Below are positions 1 to 9,893 of a stretch of DNA of 64,000 bases, in pieces. The notes under the pieces were generated by a model, which worked only from the letters and a program-made list of their open reading frames with translations, was not told the origin of the DNA and searched no databases. The position numbers and the translations under genes were made by a program. The DNA is from an uncultured Pseudobdellovibrionaceae bacterium (GTDB taxonomy: Bacteria > Bdellovibrionota > Bdellovibrionia > Bdellovibrionales > UBA1609), in assembly GCA_963803705.1 (NCBI GenBank), contig CAWDNU010000003.1:256001-320000 (forward strand), written 5' to 3'. Within the stretch, counting starts at the first letter, position 1. Each line of letters opens with the position of its first letter.

Positions 1-910
1 TGGATCTAAGCTAGAATTAGGTGAAGACTGTCCCGATGGCTTTGAAACAGGGTGGATGGATGCCCCTGATCAAGGCGAAGATAATAACCCAGACGAAGTG
101 GCGGAATCCTTTTACAACCCCGGGTATAGAGAGGGTTACAAAGCTGGTTTTGGAATAGGCCCTTACGCAGGACTTGGACCAGAACACGGCCAAACTTTAA
201 ATGAAGGGTGGGAATACCCAGAAGGATTTTATGATGGTTACATTGATGCTTCTGGTCCATTTCCTGGCGATCCGGATCGTAGAGTTTATGCAAAAGCCTA
301 CAGGACTGGATTTCAAGGTAAGTTGGGCGTTGGGCCGGGTAAAAATACCAATCAAAAATACGGAGCCAAAATTAATTCAAAAGGCGATTACCCTGAAGGA
401 TTTGAGCACGGCTGGATTGATGCACCGAATTCAAATGACGAAGTCACGGCGCCGGTAGATGTCACGCTTGAGCCAGAAGATAATGCGAACATTGATTATG
501 ACTCTGAAATAACGACTCTAGTGATAGACACGGACGAAGATATTTTGGCAAATAGACGGCCAGAGGAAGAAGAACTACTAAGGGTTCGTAATATAACTTT
601 TAACACAGACTCTGCGGTGATCACTAAGCGTTCAGACCGAGTGTTGCAAAATATTTTGCGATACTTAAAAAAGCATAAGTTCAAATCTTTAGAAATTTGG
701 GGACACACAGATGCTAGGGGTGCCGCTTTATACAATGAAAAGTTAAGCCTCGCCAGAGCGCAGTCTGTGTATAACTATATGGTAATGTCTGGAATAAAAG
801 CAGCTAAAATTAAATATGATGGTTGGGGCGAGCGCAAGCCAGTTGCTCCAAATGGATCTGCTGAGGAATTAAGGATGAACCGCAGAGTTGAATTTATTAT
901 TCGTCGGTAG
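1..910 (+). CDS. OmpA-family peptidoglycan-binding protein, 5'-truncated by the window edge
   Basis: The C-terminal OmpA_C domain motifs are present (ITFNTDSA, IWGHTDARG, YNEKLSLARAQSV, GWGERKPVA, NRRVEF). The frame is open back to base 2, so the ORF-track start at 56 is probably not the real start. Confidence 0.85.
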   Translation, partial: GSKLELGEDCPDGFETGWMDAPDQGEDNNPDEVAESFYNPGYREGYKAGFGIGPYAGLGPEHGQTLNEGWEYPEGFYDGYIDASGPFPGDPDRRVYAKAYRTGFQGKLGVGPGKNTNQKYGAKINSKGDYPEGFEHGWIDAPNSNDEVTAPVDVTLEPEDNANIDYDSEITTLVIDTDEDILANRRPEEEELLRVRNITFNTDSAVITKRSDRVLQNILRYLKKHKFKSLEIWGHTDARGAALYNEKLSLARAQSVYNYMVMSGIKAAKIKYDGWGERKPVAPNGSAEELRMNRRVEFIIRR

Positions 911-930
911 ACATCTTTTAAATGCTACGG

Positions 931-959
931 GCTCGCTCTTGAACGGAGCGAGTTTTTCT
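931..959 (+). terminator. Rho-independent terminator
   Basis: CTCGCTC-N7-GAGCGAG stem followed by TTTTTCTT, just after the OmpA gene stop. Confidence 0.75.
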
Positions 960-1145
960 TAAAGCCATCTCAATCGATTTTTTAGGTAACATACAAAATA
1001 AAGACTATCTGTCTTTATACTCTTAATAATGACCTCGAAGGGCTGCGTTATAGACGTTGCCTTAGGTGCCTTCATAGGTATAACCGAGTTAACGTTAACA
1101 AATAAATTAAGATTTCTTAAGTTAAGATTTTTATCAAGGACAATT

Positions 1146-1577
1146 ATGGCTTCAGCGAAAAAAACAGAAATTTTTAATTTTTCAACTCAGCAAATTTACG
1201 ATGTCATCACAGACTTCGATGCCTATTCTGAATTTTTACCTGAGGTGAAAGCTTCAAAAGTCATAAAAGATAATGGATCAACAAAAGTTGTTGAAATGTC
1301 CGTATCTATGATCAAAGATTTTACTTACACTATTCTGGTGACATTAGAAGAAGGTAAGGGACTGTCATGGGTTTTAAACGATGGTGACGTTTTTAAAACT
1401 AATATTGGTTCATGGACATTGAATAAAATTTCTGACAATCAGACTGAGGTGACCTACGAAGTAGGTGCAACCTTTAAAATTTTCGTGCCCTCAATGATCT
1501 CTAAAAAAATGATTGAAGTTAGCTTGCCAAAAATGTTGCAGTCTTACAAAGATCGAATTAAAAAATTGAATTCATAA
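1146..1577 (+). CDS. SRPBCC/polyketide cyclase (Coq10/RatA-like) family protein
   Basis: YDVITDFDAYSEFLPEVK START-fold signature. The ATG at 1146 is preceded by AAGGA. Confidence 0.8.
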   Translation: MASAKKTEIFNFSTQQIYDVITDFDAYSEFLPEVKASKVIKDNGSTKVVEMSVSMIKDFTYTILVTLEEGKGLSWVLNDGDVFKTNIGSWTLNKISDNQTEVTYEVGATFKIFVPSMISKKMIEVSLPKMLQSYKDRIKKLNS

Positions 1578-1582
1578 AAAAA

Positions 1583-2518
1583 ATGGTACTTAGTCCCTTC
1601 GAGCACAAGTTCATCCGAAGTCACCAACATCACCTTGCGGGGTTTAGACAGTTTTTTTTAGCTGTTTCAGGTGGTTTAGATTCGATGGTTTTACTTCACC
1701 TTTTCCAAAAATTTAAAAGCCAGATGAAATCACAGTTCAGAGTGTGCACTGTTCATCATGGGCTAAGTGTTCGCGAAGAAATATCCATCTACCGGAATGC
1801 AAGCTTAAAAATAGTTCGAAATTATTGTAATTTAAACGATATTGAATTTCTGACGAACGAAATCCAACAAGCCGAAGAGATTAAAAGTGAACAGCAACTA
1901 AGAAATTATCGTTATAGCTGTTTTAAAGCTTTAAAACGTGATTCTGAAATATTGGTTTTAGGACATCATTTAGATGATCTGTTAGAAACTCAACTCATGG
2001 ATTTAATACGTGGTTCTCATTTCGCGTCTTGGTCCAATTTTACAGAGTATCACAATGAAGTTTTCAGACCGCTGGCGCTTGTTCCCAAAGAGAACATCTT
2101 GCAATACGCCAAAGAGCAAAATTTAAAATGGGTTAATGATCCAACAAACCAAGATACAGAGACTTTAAGAAATTGGCTTAGAAATGACTTTTTAAGCCCA
2201 CTTTCGAAGCAGTCCAAGTCATTCAAAGAGAACTTAATGAAAAACCTGATGAAGCTATATGAATTTAGTCCCATTTTAGAACCAGGACCGGAGCTTAGTG
2301 TGGCTTTAGCGCAATGGTTAAAAATGACTGAGACACAAAAAAAGCAATTCGTTTTAAAGTCCTCACAGAAGTTAGGTTTAAAGTCTATGACTCAGGGACA
2401 AATTTTAGATATTCTAAAGAAACTTGACCTTGGTCAAAAAGAGATCAAATTTCAAACTGGTCCCTTATTTTGGAGCAAAACAACCGATAGGTTACAGGTA
2501 TACAGGGAGAATTTATGA
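1583..2518 (+). CDS. tilS: tRNA(Ile)-lysidine synthetase
   Basis: PP-loop [20 protein letters not shown]...RN.LR; directly upstream of ftsH. Confidence 0.9.
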   Translation: MVLSPFEHKFIRSHQHHLAGFRQFFLAVSGGLDSMVLLHLFQKFKSQMKSQFRVCTVHHGLSVREEISIYRNASLKIVRNYCNLNDIEFLTNEIQQAEEIKSEQQLRNYRYSCFKALKRDSEILVLGHHLDDLLETQLMDLIRGSHFASWSNFTEYHNEVFRPLALVPKENILQYAKEQNLKWVNDPTNQDTETLRNWLRNDFLSPLSKQSKSFKENLMKNLMKLYEFSPILEPGPELSVALAQWLKMTETQKKQFVLKSSQKLGLKSMTQGQILDILKKLDLGQKEIKFQTGPLFWSKTTDRLQVYRENL

Positions 2519-4515
2519 AGAGTAGAGTTCCAAAGGGTGCACAAAAAACTTTTGGTGTTTGGATACTGTTATTCATAATGGTTGTGTTTTTTGTACAGCA
2601 AGCATCAATGAAGAAGAGCGAAGTCATGAAGGACTTCGCGTATCCAAGTTTTGTAGACGCTTTAGAGAAAAAACATATTGAGGAGATCACTTTTTACACT
2701 AAATCTCAAGAGATTGAAGGGGTAATCAAAGAAGAGTTCAAAGCTGAATACAAAGAAAAATTTGGTGGCACAAAGTTTAAAATACCTGGAAATATTGATA
2801 ATTCGGGATACGACACTGTTAAAGACAATGGGATTATTCCTAAGTATAACAACGAAGATAGGTCTATATTCGTGTCTGTCCTGCTTAATTTGTTGCCCCT
2901 TATTTTAATTTTAGGTTTATTTATCTTCTTTATGAGACAGCTTCAGGCTGGGGGCGGAAAGGCTTTTAATTTTGGTAAGAGTAAAGCCAAGCTACTTAAC
3001 GAATCCAAGAAGAAGGTAACTTTTAAAGATGTTGCAGGTGTTGATGAAGCAAAAGACGAATTAGTTGAAATTGTAGAGTTCTTAAAAGAACCAAAAAGAT
3101 TTACTAAGCTTGGCGGACGAATTCCTAAGGGAGTTCTGTTGGTCGGTCCTCCTGGCACCGGTAAGACACTTTTAGCAAGGGCTGTTGCGGGTGAAGCTGG
3201 TGTTCCTTTCTTTTCGATTTCTGGTTCAGATTTTGTCGAAATGTTTGTAGGTGTAGGGGCTTCACGAGTAAGAGACATGTTTGAACAGGGACGCAGAAAT
3301 GCACCTTGCATTATTTTTATTGACGAGATTGATGCTGTTGGAAGACATCGCGGTGCTGGAATGGGTGGCGGTCACGATGAGCGTGAGCAAACTCTAAATC
3401 AGCTTTTAGTTGAAATGGATGGTTTTGAAGGCACTGAGGGTGTAATCATTGTTGCAGCTACAAACCGTGCTGACGTCTTAGATCCTGCCTTATTAAGACC
3501 GGGTCGTTTTGACCGCAGAGTGATGGTTGGAAAACCCGATTTAAATGGTCGTAAACATATTTTACAAGTGCATGTTAGAAAGGTTCCTTTATCTACGGAA
3601 GTTAAGATTGAGACCATTGCGAAGGGGACACCGGGTTTATCTGGTGCGGACCTTGAAAACTTAGTGAATGAAGCAGCTCTAGTCGCAGCACGAAAAAGAA
3701 AAAAGATGATTGATATGGATGACTTCGAAGAAGCCAGAGACAAAGTGCTAATGGGTCCAGAGCGAAAAAGCATGAAGATCTCGGATGAGGATCGTTTATT
3801 AACTGCTTACCACGAAGCAGGTCATACTATTGTAAACAGGTCTTTAAAGGGTTTAGACCCAATACATAAGGTCACCATTATGCCCAGAGGGGGAGCCCTT
3901 GGTATCACCCAGACTTTACCTGAAAAAGACGCGTTAAGTTTTACCAAAAGCAAAGCTAAAAATATGATTGCATTCTTATTTGGTGGGCGCGCTGCTGAAG
4001 AGATAGTTTTCGAAGACATCACTACAGGTGCTAGTAATGATATCGAGCGTGCAACTGACATCGCGACTAAGATGGTAACCGAGTGGGGAATGAGTCCAAA
4101 AATAGGACCTCTTTCTTACAGCACTTCTGACAGTCCTATTTTTGTGGGAATGCAAGCCGGTGGCCAAGGTGGCCGTGATGTTTCAGATGCTAAGTCCCAA
4201 GAGATAGACTCTGAAATCAGTCGAATTATAGATGAAGGTTATAAAGCTGCGGTTCGGATCTTAACCGAGAAGCGTGATGCTTTGGAATCTTTGACTAAAG
4301 GTTTGATGGAATTTGAAACAGTCGACGGTATCGAAGTGGATATGTTTATTAAAGGCGCAAGCGTAGAAGAAGTTCGCCAAAAGCGTGCTGATAGAACTGC
4401 CGAAATAAAAAAAGAAAGTGATTTGATAAAAGAAAAAGAAGTGGTCAAAGAATCTAAAAAGTCTGATGAGCCAGATGGGTTGGGTGATCCCAATCCTATG
4501 GGGAGCCCAGCATAG
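2515..4515 (+). CDS. ftsH: ATP-dependent zinc metalloprotease FtsH
   Basis: Two N-terminal TM helices, Walker [27 protein letters not shown] zinc motif. Confidence 0.98.
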   Translation: MKSRVPKGAQKTFGVWILLFIMVVFFVQQASMKKSEVMKDFAYPSFVDALEKKHIEEITFYTKSQEIEGVIKEEFKAEYKEKFGGTKFKIPGNIDNSGYDTVKDNGIIPKYNNEDRSIFVSVLLNLLPLILILGLFIFFMRQLQAGGGKAFNFGKSKAKLLNESKKKVTFKDVAGVDEAKDELVEIVEFLKEPKRFTKLGGRIPKGVLLVGPPGTGKTLLARAVAGEAGVPFFSISGSDFVEMFVGVGASRVRDMFEQGRRNAPCIIFIDEIDAVGRHRGAGMGGGHDEREQTLNQLLVEMDGFEGTEGVIIVAATNRADVLDPALLRPGRFDRRVMVGKPDLNGRKHILQVHVRKVPLSTEVKIETIAKGTPGLSGADLENLVNEAALVAARKRKKMIDMDDFEEARDKVLMGPERKSMKISDEDRLLTAYHEAGHTIVNRSLKGLDPIHKVTIMPRGGALGITQTLPEKDALSFTKSKAKNMIAFLFGGRAAEEIVFEDITTGASNDIERATDIATKMVTEWGMSPKIGPLSYSTSDSPIFVGMQAGGQGGRDVSDAKSQEIDSEISRIIDEGYKAAVRILTEKRDALESLTKGLMEFETVDGIEVDMFIKGASVEEVRQKRADRTAEIKKESDLIKEKEVVKESKKSDEPDGLGDPNPMGSPA

Positions 4516-4563
4516 TGTCGCCCCAAACTAGTGTACACTACTGCGCTTTAAACAGGTGTTAGT

Positions 4564-5349
4564 TTGGGATTTATTGTAGAGTACTTCGTAGCTTTAAAAT
4601 CTCAGATTCACATCAAAGATTTTTTTGATTTAATGATTCTTTGGGTTATGGTTTATAGAATCATGATCTTGACTGAGAAGTCAGGAATTTCAAAAATTTT
4701 AGCCGGAGTTATTTTTTTAGCTCTACTTTATATTTTTAGTTTTCAATTGAGACTGATGTCGGTCCACTTCATTTTAGAAAACTTTTTTAATAATTTATTT
4801 CTAATACTTGTTATTTTATTTCAAAATGAAATACGTAGGGTCCTAATCGAAATTGGCTCACCGATTTTTTCAACTACAATTTCTAGAGAAGAAGAAAACA
4901 GAATTGTTGACGAAGTTTCCAAAGCACTAAAAGAGCTACAGCGAAAAAACTGGGGTGCGATTATCGTTGTGGAAAAGGATATGAATGTTGATGCCTTTGT
5001 TGAAGAGGGCACAATTCTTAATTCTGACATCTCGTCAGAGCTTTTACTAAGTATTTGCGAGCCCACCAGCCCCATTCACGATGGAGCCATTTTAATCAGA
5101 GGCGGTAAATTAGAGTCAGCTGGTAATTTTTTGCCACTTAGCAAAAATCCAGTGTTAGATAAAAATTTGGGAACACGCCACAGAGCAGCCTTGGGCCTTT
5201 CTGAACTAGTTGATGCCAGAATATTTATCGTCAGCGAAGAAAGACGTAGTATTGGGCTTGTTGAATCTGGCACATTAAAAGTTGTAGATAGCTCAGCAAA
5301 TATAAGGCAAGTATTAGTTGAATTTTTAGGTTTTGGAGAAGACTCATGA
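4564..5349 (+). CDS. cdaA: Membrane diadenylate cyclase CdaA
   Basis: Three TM helices, DGA motif (PIHDGA) and RHR motif (GTRHRAALG), VSEE. TTG start. Confidence 0.92.
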   Translation: MGFIVEYFVALKSQIHIKDFFDLMILWVMVYRIMILTEKSGISKILAGVIFLALLYIFSFQLRLMSVHFILENFFNNLFLILVILFQNEIRRVLIEIGSPIFSTTISREEENRIVDEVSKALKELQRKNWGAIIVVEKDMNVDAFVEEGTILNSDISSELLLSICEPTSPIHDGAILIRGGKLESAGNFLPLSKNPVLDKNLGTRHRAALGLSELVDARIFIVSEERRSIGLVESGTLKVVDSSANIRQVLVEFLGFGEDS

Positions 5350-5786
5350 GCCCTACAAAAAAATCTTTAAACAACTTTTCATTTTCTGAAAAAGTAAAAA
5401 TTTTCTTTAGAAATTTAGTCTCTATTCACCCAAAACAGAAGTGGTTTGCCCTAATTGTGGCCTTGTTTGTTTGGGGATTCGTTTTAGGTCAAAAAGACAC
5501 TGTTATGGAAAAAGAAGTTTCATTACAATATCAGTTGAAATCAAATGTTGAAATGTTGGATTCAGTAAAAAAAGTAAAAGTGAAACTTCAGGGGCCCTCT
5601 TTAAGCCTTAGAAAGTTTGGTGATTTGCCCAGTAGCTTGCTAATTGATATTTCCGAATACCCAGTAGGTGGACTTTATTCTGTTAAGCTTTCCAAGGATG
5701 GTTTAAACAATATCCCTTTAGGTGTAAAGGTGTTAGGAATTACTCCTAATAGAGTGCCAATTGTCCTAAGGGCAAAGCCACAGTAA
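5346..5786 (+). CDS. CdaR/YbbR-like regulator with a single YbbR domain
   Basis: Lies between cdaA and glmM; TM helix ALIVALFVW followed by V.V.L.GP and GVKVLGITP..V motifs. Confidence 0.7.
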   Translation: MSPTKKSLNNFSFSEKVKIFFRNLVSIHPKQKWFALIVALFVWGFVLGQKDTVMEKEVSLQYQLKSNVEMLDSVKKVKVKLQGPSLSLRKFGDLPSSLLIDISEYPVGGLYSVKLSKDGLNNIPLGVKVLGITPNRVPIVLRAKPQ

Positions 5787-5857
5787 AATTTGTATTTAAA
5801 ATAACAAGAAAAAATAGATCATAATTTTGAATTGTATAGTTATAAAGGTGACAAGAT

Positions 5858-7291
5858 ATGAGCCAGACAAAATCAACACCAAACTCAAAGAGCACTTCCA
5901 CAAATTTAAAGTTCTCAAGCACTAATAGCAGCGTTAGTTCCAAAAGACTTTTCGGCACCGACGGAGTCAGGGGAACAGCCGGGCTATTTCCGATGACGCC
6001 AGATATTGTTTTAAAGCTAGGGCAGGCACTAGGTTATGTCTTAAGAAAAAATGAAGAGATGCCTAAAGTGGTAATTGGGAAAGACACAAGACTTTCAGGT
6101 TATATGGTTGAGCAGTGTTTAGCTGCAGGCTTAAACTCGATGGGTGTTCATGTGCAGTTAGTTGGTCCCTTGCCAACTCCAGGTATTGGATTTCTTGCTA
6201 CCAATATGCGAGCTGACGCTGGTATTGTTATTTCGGCTAGCCACAACCCATATCATGATAATGGTATAAAAATTTTTGGATCGGATGGTTACAAAATATC
6301 TGACGATATGGAATTAGAAATCGAGGCCTTGGTATTAGACCAAGATATGACACCACTTTTAAAGTCCCATGACCAGATTGGCCGCACCAAAAGAATAGAT
6401 GATGCTCTAGGTAGGTATTTAGTTTTTGTTAAGAACACATTTCCGCTGAATTTGGATTTGGTAGGCCTAAGAATTGTTTTAGACTGTGCGAACGGAGCCG
6501 CATACAAAGTAGCGCCATTGGTGTTTGAAGAGCTTGGTGCAGAGGTAATACTATTAGGCAATAAGCCCGACGGTTTTAACGTTAATAAAAAATCTGGGGC
6601 ATTATTTCCAGAGTACGTTAGTGAAGCTGTAAAAAAGTACCGAGCTGATATTGGTATTTGTTTAGATGGTGATGCTGATAGGGTTATTATTAGTGACGAA
6701 AGAGGCAATGTAGTAAATGGCGACCGCATGCTTGCCATATGCGCATTGCAATTAAAAGAAGAGGGGCTACTAAAACATAATACAGTAGTAGCAACTCACA
6801 TGAGTAATATTGGTTTAGACCACTTTTTAAACAAGCATGATATCAAAGTTTTAAGAGTAGGTGTGGGTGATAAGTACGTGATGGAGGCTATGCGGGCCAA
6901 AGGTTATAATTTGGGCGGGGAACAATCGGGTCATATTATTTTTCTAGATTATTCCACTACGGGTGACGGGTTAATTGCTGCTTTAAAACTTCTAGAAGTT
7001 TCGTTGAAAAAAGGCAAGAAAGTCAGTCAACTAAGAGACTCAATGGTTGATAGCCCACAAGTTTTAAAAAACTTAAGGATTAGCCACAGAGTCCCCTTTG
7101 AGCAAATCCCAGGCTACTTCGAAATGGTTTCAAAGGTTGAAAAAAAGATTGGTGACTCTGGTCGGATTTTTGTAAGGTACTCTGGAACTGAACCTTTGAT
7201 ACGTGTTTTGGTCGAAGCCCAGGATCCAGGTCTTGCAGAATCCTCGGCAAACACGATGATAAATTGGTTTAAGAAAAATTTAGAAATTTAG
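5858..7291 (+). CDS. glmM: Phosphoglucosamine mutase
   Basis: LFGTDGVRG, ISASHNP, DGDADR, GGEQSGH, RYSGTEP. Confidence 0.97.
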   Translation: MSQTKSTPNSKSTSTNLKFSSTNSSVSSKRLFGTDGVRGTAGLFPMTPDIVLKLGQALGYVLRKNEEMPKVVIGKDTRLSGYMVEQCLAAGLNSMGVHVQLVGPLPTPGIGFLATNMRADAGIVISASHNPYHDNGIKIFGSDGYKISDDMELEIEALVLDQDMTPLLKSHDQIGRTKRIDDALGRYLVFVKNTFPLNLDLVGLRIVLDCANGAAYKVAPLVFEELGAEVILLGNKPDGFNVNKKSGALFPEYVSEAVKKYRADIGICLDGDADRVIISDERGNVVNGDRMLAICALQLKEEGLLKHNTVVATHMSNIGLDHFLNKHDIKVLRVGVGDKYVMEAMRAKGYNLGGEQSGHIIFLDYSTTGDGLIAALKLLEVSLKKGKKVSQLRDSMVDSPQVLKNLRISHRVPFEQIPGYFEMVSKVEKKIGDSGRIFVRYSGTEPLIRVLVEAQDPGLAESSANTMINWFKKNLEI

Positions 7292-7477
7292 AAATTTTTT
7301 TTTGAGTGATGTAGACTCCGTTGATAGCTACAACACCTCGATCGCTTAAGTATCGAAAATATGTTCAAACTTCGTAAATACTGCCGTAACAATTTGAATC
7401 GTTAAAATCTTTTAACTGATTTTAAAAGCTAAAAACAGTTATTTGTCTCAAATCAAAGCACCTATCAGAAATTTATT

Positions 7478-7504
7478 TAGATAAAGGTCTTACCAGTCCG
7501 ATAA
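7478..7504 (+). promoter_or_regulatory. Candidate sigma28 (FliA) promoter
   Basis: TAGA-N15-TCCGATAA resembles TAAA-N15-GCCGATAA and lies 40 nt upstream of the 7544 start. Confidence 0.35.
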
Positions 7505-7543
7505 TATAAAGTTGATTGTCTAGCACGTAAAGAAGGGTAAATT

Positions 7544-9040
7544 ATGAAACTTTTGAATAACTTTATCGGAAAAAAATTAGCTTTAACACTTATTCTATTT
7601 TCGACATGGGGTTGTGGTGGCGCAGGGGGATCTATTTCAGTGTTTCCTTCAACTGATACATTTAAACAAAGCACTAATGCTGATGTGAAAATCGATGTTT
7701 TGTTTGTCGTTGATGATTCCGGATCTATGAAGCCAGAACAACAGGATTTATTTAATAACTTTAATCAATTTATCGATTTCTTCTACGACAGAGGTTTCGA
7801 CTTTAGAGTGGCCGTAGCTAAAACTTCAGCTTTTGGCACCACAGTTAACTGTAAAAGAAAACCTGATGCTCCATCTAACCCCAATCAAAATCGTACCTGC
7901 CAAAATTCAACAACGGGTTCGGATCCTTACTACAAAAAAGTTGGTGGAAACTTTGTAGCAGGTGACTACATCGCTAGGGAAAACGGATTAACACCAAAAG
8001 AGTTTCGTTGCGGCAATGGTAACAACTGTGGCCTTAATGATGAGTACCAGGTATCAACTGATATTCCTGACACTGAAGACGGTGAAACTATACCAGGGCC
8101 ACTTACCACAACAATAGGTAATGGGACCCCTGCCCCGGGAACAGATCATATTTTGTCTTCTCAAAACTTGTCTAAAAGTCAGATGATTGCAAAATTCAAA
8201 AAAAACATACTGGTTGGCCTAGCCGGTACTGGTGATGAAAGAGCGCTTGAGTCTGCAGAAACGGTCCTCCGTAATATGAAGCAGTTTTATCCTAACCCTA
8301 ATGACCAGTTTCCAAGACCTAATTCTCACTTAGCGATTATACATGTGGGCGATGAAAACGATGGACCAATACCTAACGACTTAACACAAAATTCAACTGG
8401 AACGGGGCTGTCCGGTTCAAATTCAGGTTCAGGTTCAGGTTCGCTTAGAAGCACAAATATTAATAGTGGTTCTATTTGGCCAGGATATAATTCAATAACT
8501 TTAGTAGCTAATAGCAACAAGTCCATTGATGCTCATCTGAATTCTGTCGAAAGTTATTTAGCGGCTTTAGAAGATCACGACAGTTCAACAACAGTTTCAG
8601 TACACGCGATCGAAGATTTACCTAATTCTAGCAATGTTCCATTTTTCTTAAGCCCAGGAACCTCTGATTCTACAGGTAACGGGTCGTTCGGTTTAGTCGG
8701 ATATTTTCAATCCTATATGGCGCAGCTCAGTGGTGGCTTAGTTTTTAGTAAGGACTCTAATTTTGGACCTTCACTTTCAGCAATTGGCGACACGATTTCA
8801 TCACTGGCAAGCTTCTTTACACTAAGTGTTCGGTTGGACTCATTTGCACAAACCAATTTACAAGTTTTTGTAGAAGGTTTGAACGGAAACAATGCGATCC
8901 CAAATAGTGCTCTTGACGGTTATCAGTACGAAGTTGATACGAACCGGATTCGTTTTTACGGCAGTATGATTCCAGCTCAGGGAGCTAAAATTGGTCTTAT
9001 TTACACCTGTGCAACCTTATCTTGCCCTGCCTTCCCGTAA
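7544..9040 (+). CDS. vWA-domain lipoprotein (CglB-like surface protein)
   Basis: Lipobox-like STWG-C; MIDAS DVLFVVDDSGSM; GTGDE and VGDEND elements; Cys-rich and Gly/Ser-rich inserts. Confidence 0.7.
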   Translation: MKLLNNFIGKKLALTLILFSTWGCGGAGGSISVFPSTDTFKQSTNADVKIDVLFVVDDSGSMKPEQQDLFNNFNQFIDFFYDRGFDFRVAVAKTSAFGTTVNCKRKPDAPSNPNQNRTCQNSTTGSDPYYKKVGGNFVAGDYIARENGLTPKEFRCGNGNNCGLNDEYQVSTDIPDTEDGETIPGPLTTTIGNGTPAPGTDHILSSQNLSKSQMIAKFKKNILVGLAGTGDERALESAETVLRNMKQFYPNPNDQFPRPNSHLAIIHVGDENDGPIPNDLTQNSTGTGLSGSNSGSGSGSLRSTNINSGSIWPGYNSITLVANSNKSIDAHLNSVESYLAALEDHDSSTTVSVHAIEDLPNSSNVPFFLSPGTSDSTGNGSFGLVGYFQSYMAQLSGGLVFSKDSNFGPSLSAIGDTISSLASFFTLSVRLDSFAQTNLQVFVEGLNGNNAIPNSALDGYQYEVDTNRIRFYGSMIPAQGAKIGLIYTCATLSCPAFP

Positions 9041-9106
9041 GCCAAAAGAAAGGGGCACCAAAGTGGTCAGGGAAATCACCATCATCAGATTGTCGATTTG
9101 GGATTT

Positions 9107-9183
9107 GGTGCCAGGTTCTGGATGCTTGTCACACCGCAGCCAGCATTCGGAACCTGGCACCTTTTTCTTTTTCCTTTTTTTTT
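9107..9183 (+). terminator. Long GC-rich hairpin with T tract (terminator or REP-like palindrome)
   Basis: GGTGCCAGGTTCTGGATGCT...AGCATTCGGAACCTGGCACC forms a ~20-bp stem with two G-U pairs, followed by a long T run. Confidence 0.7.
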
Positions 9184-9205
9184 ACCTTTTGTAGTATCTT
9201 AGTGT

Positions 9206-9628
9206 ATGGATTCTATTACTTCGACAGAACAAAATCTTAAAAATAGTCTGGTCTCAATTTTCAACGGCTTTAAAGCTGGTGACATCGTTTTGCTATATGG
9301 CCCGGTAGGTTCGGGCAAAACTACTTTGGTTAGAAACTACGTTGAACTTAACTCCTCAGCAGAGGCCAACTCACCTAGTTATAATTTGATCCAAGAGTAT
9401 CAGCTTACAGACTTTAAAATTATGCACGTAGATTTATATCGTATTGAAGACGAGCTTGACCTTGAGTCCACCGGATTTTGGGAAATTCTACATCAACCAA
9501 ATTGCTTAATATTTATTGAGTGGCCTGAAAAACTAAGTATCAGTAATTTGCCTAAGAACCGTCTGAAAAAAATTGAAATAACATCTTTAGAAGGTATAGA
9601 AAACTACAGGCAATATACCTTTTCATAA
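9206..9628 (+). CDS. tsaE: tRNA threonylcarbamoyladenosine biosynthesis ATPase
   Basis: GPVGSGKTT, SPSYNL, HVDLYR, IEWPE. Confidence 0.93.
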   Translation: MDSITSTEQNLKNSLVSIFNGFKAGDIVLLYGPVGSGKTTLVRNYVELNSSAEANSPSYNLIQEYQLTDFKIMHVDLYRIEDELDLESTGFWEILHQPNCLIFIEWPEKLSISNLPKNRLKKIEITSLEGIENYRQYTFS

Positions 9629-9893
9629 ATAAGATTACTGTTTATAACTAAGCCGGTGCTTAGTGAAAAGGGGATTTTTTGGTTTATTTAATAATACTTT
9701 TTTTGCTCCCCTAGAGCGTTTTTTCAAAGTCTGCTTCAGCAGAAATCTTGTTAAATCATATTCATATCTTAGACTCGCGAGTAGTCGCATTTAAGTATTT
9801 AGCCGCTAAAGCGGGTAGGCCTGTAGGGATTGCAATAACTATCTGTAGCGGTTGCCACTGCTGCGGCAATAATTGATTTTATGAGTTCTGACG

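Noticed and set aside
2943..4538. Antisense ORFs within ftsH, and similar short shadow ORFs across the window
   Set aside because: They are fully nested opposite well-supported genes and carry no motifs.
9022..9240. Small ORFs across the vWA-tsaE intergenic region
   Set aside because: They run through the terminator hairpin and T tract, and their composition is not protein-like.
9640..9890. Short palindromes (ACTCGCGAGT, CCGCTAAAGCGG) resembling IS200/IS605 ends or REP, with slight similarity to the 24.9-kb spacer
   Set aside because: The matches are too short and no transposase or canonical foot sequence is present.
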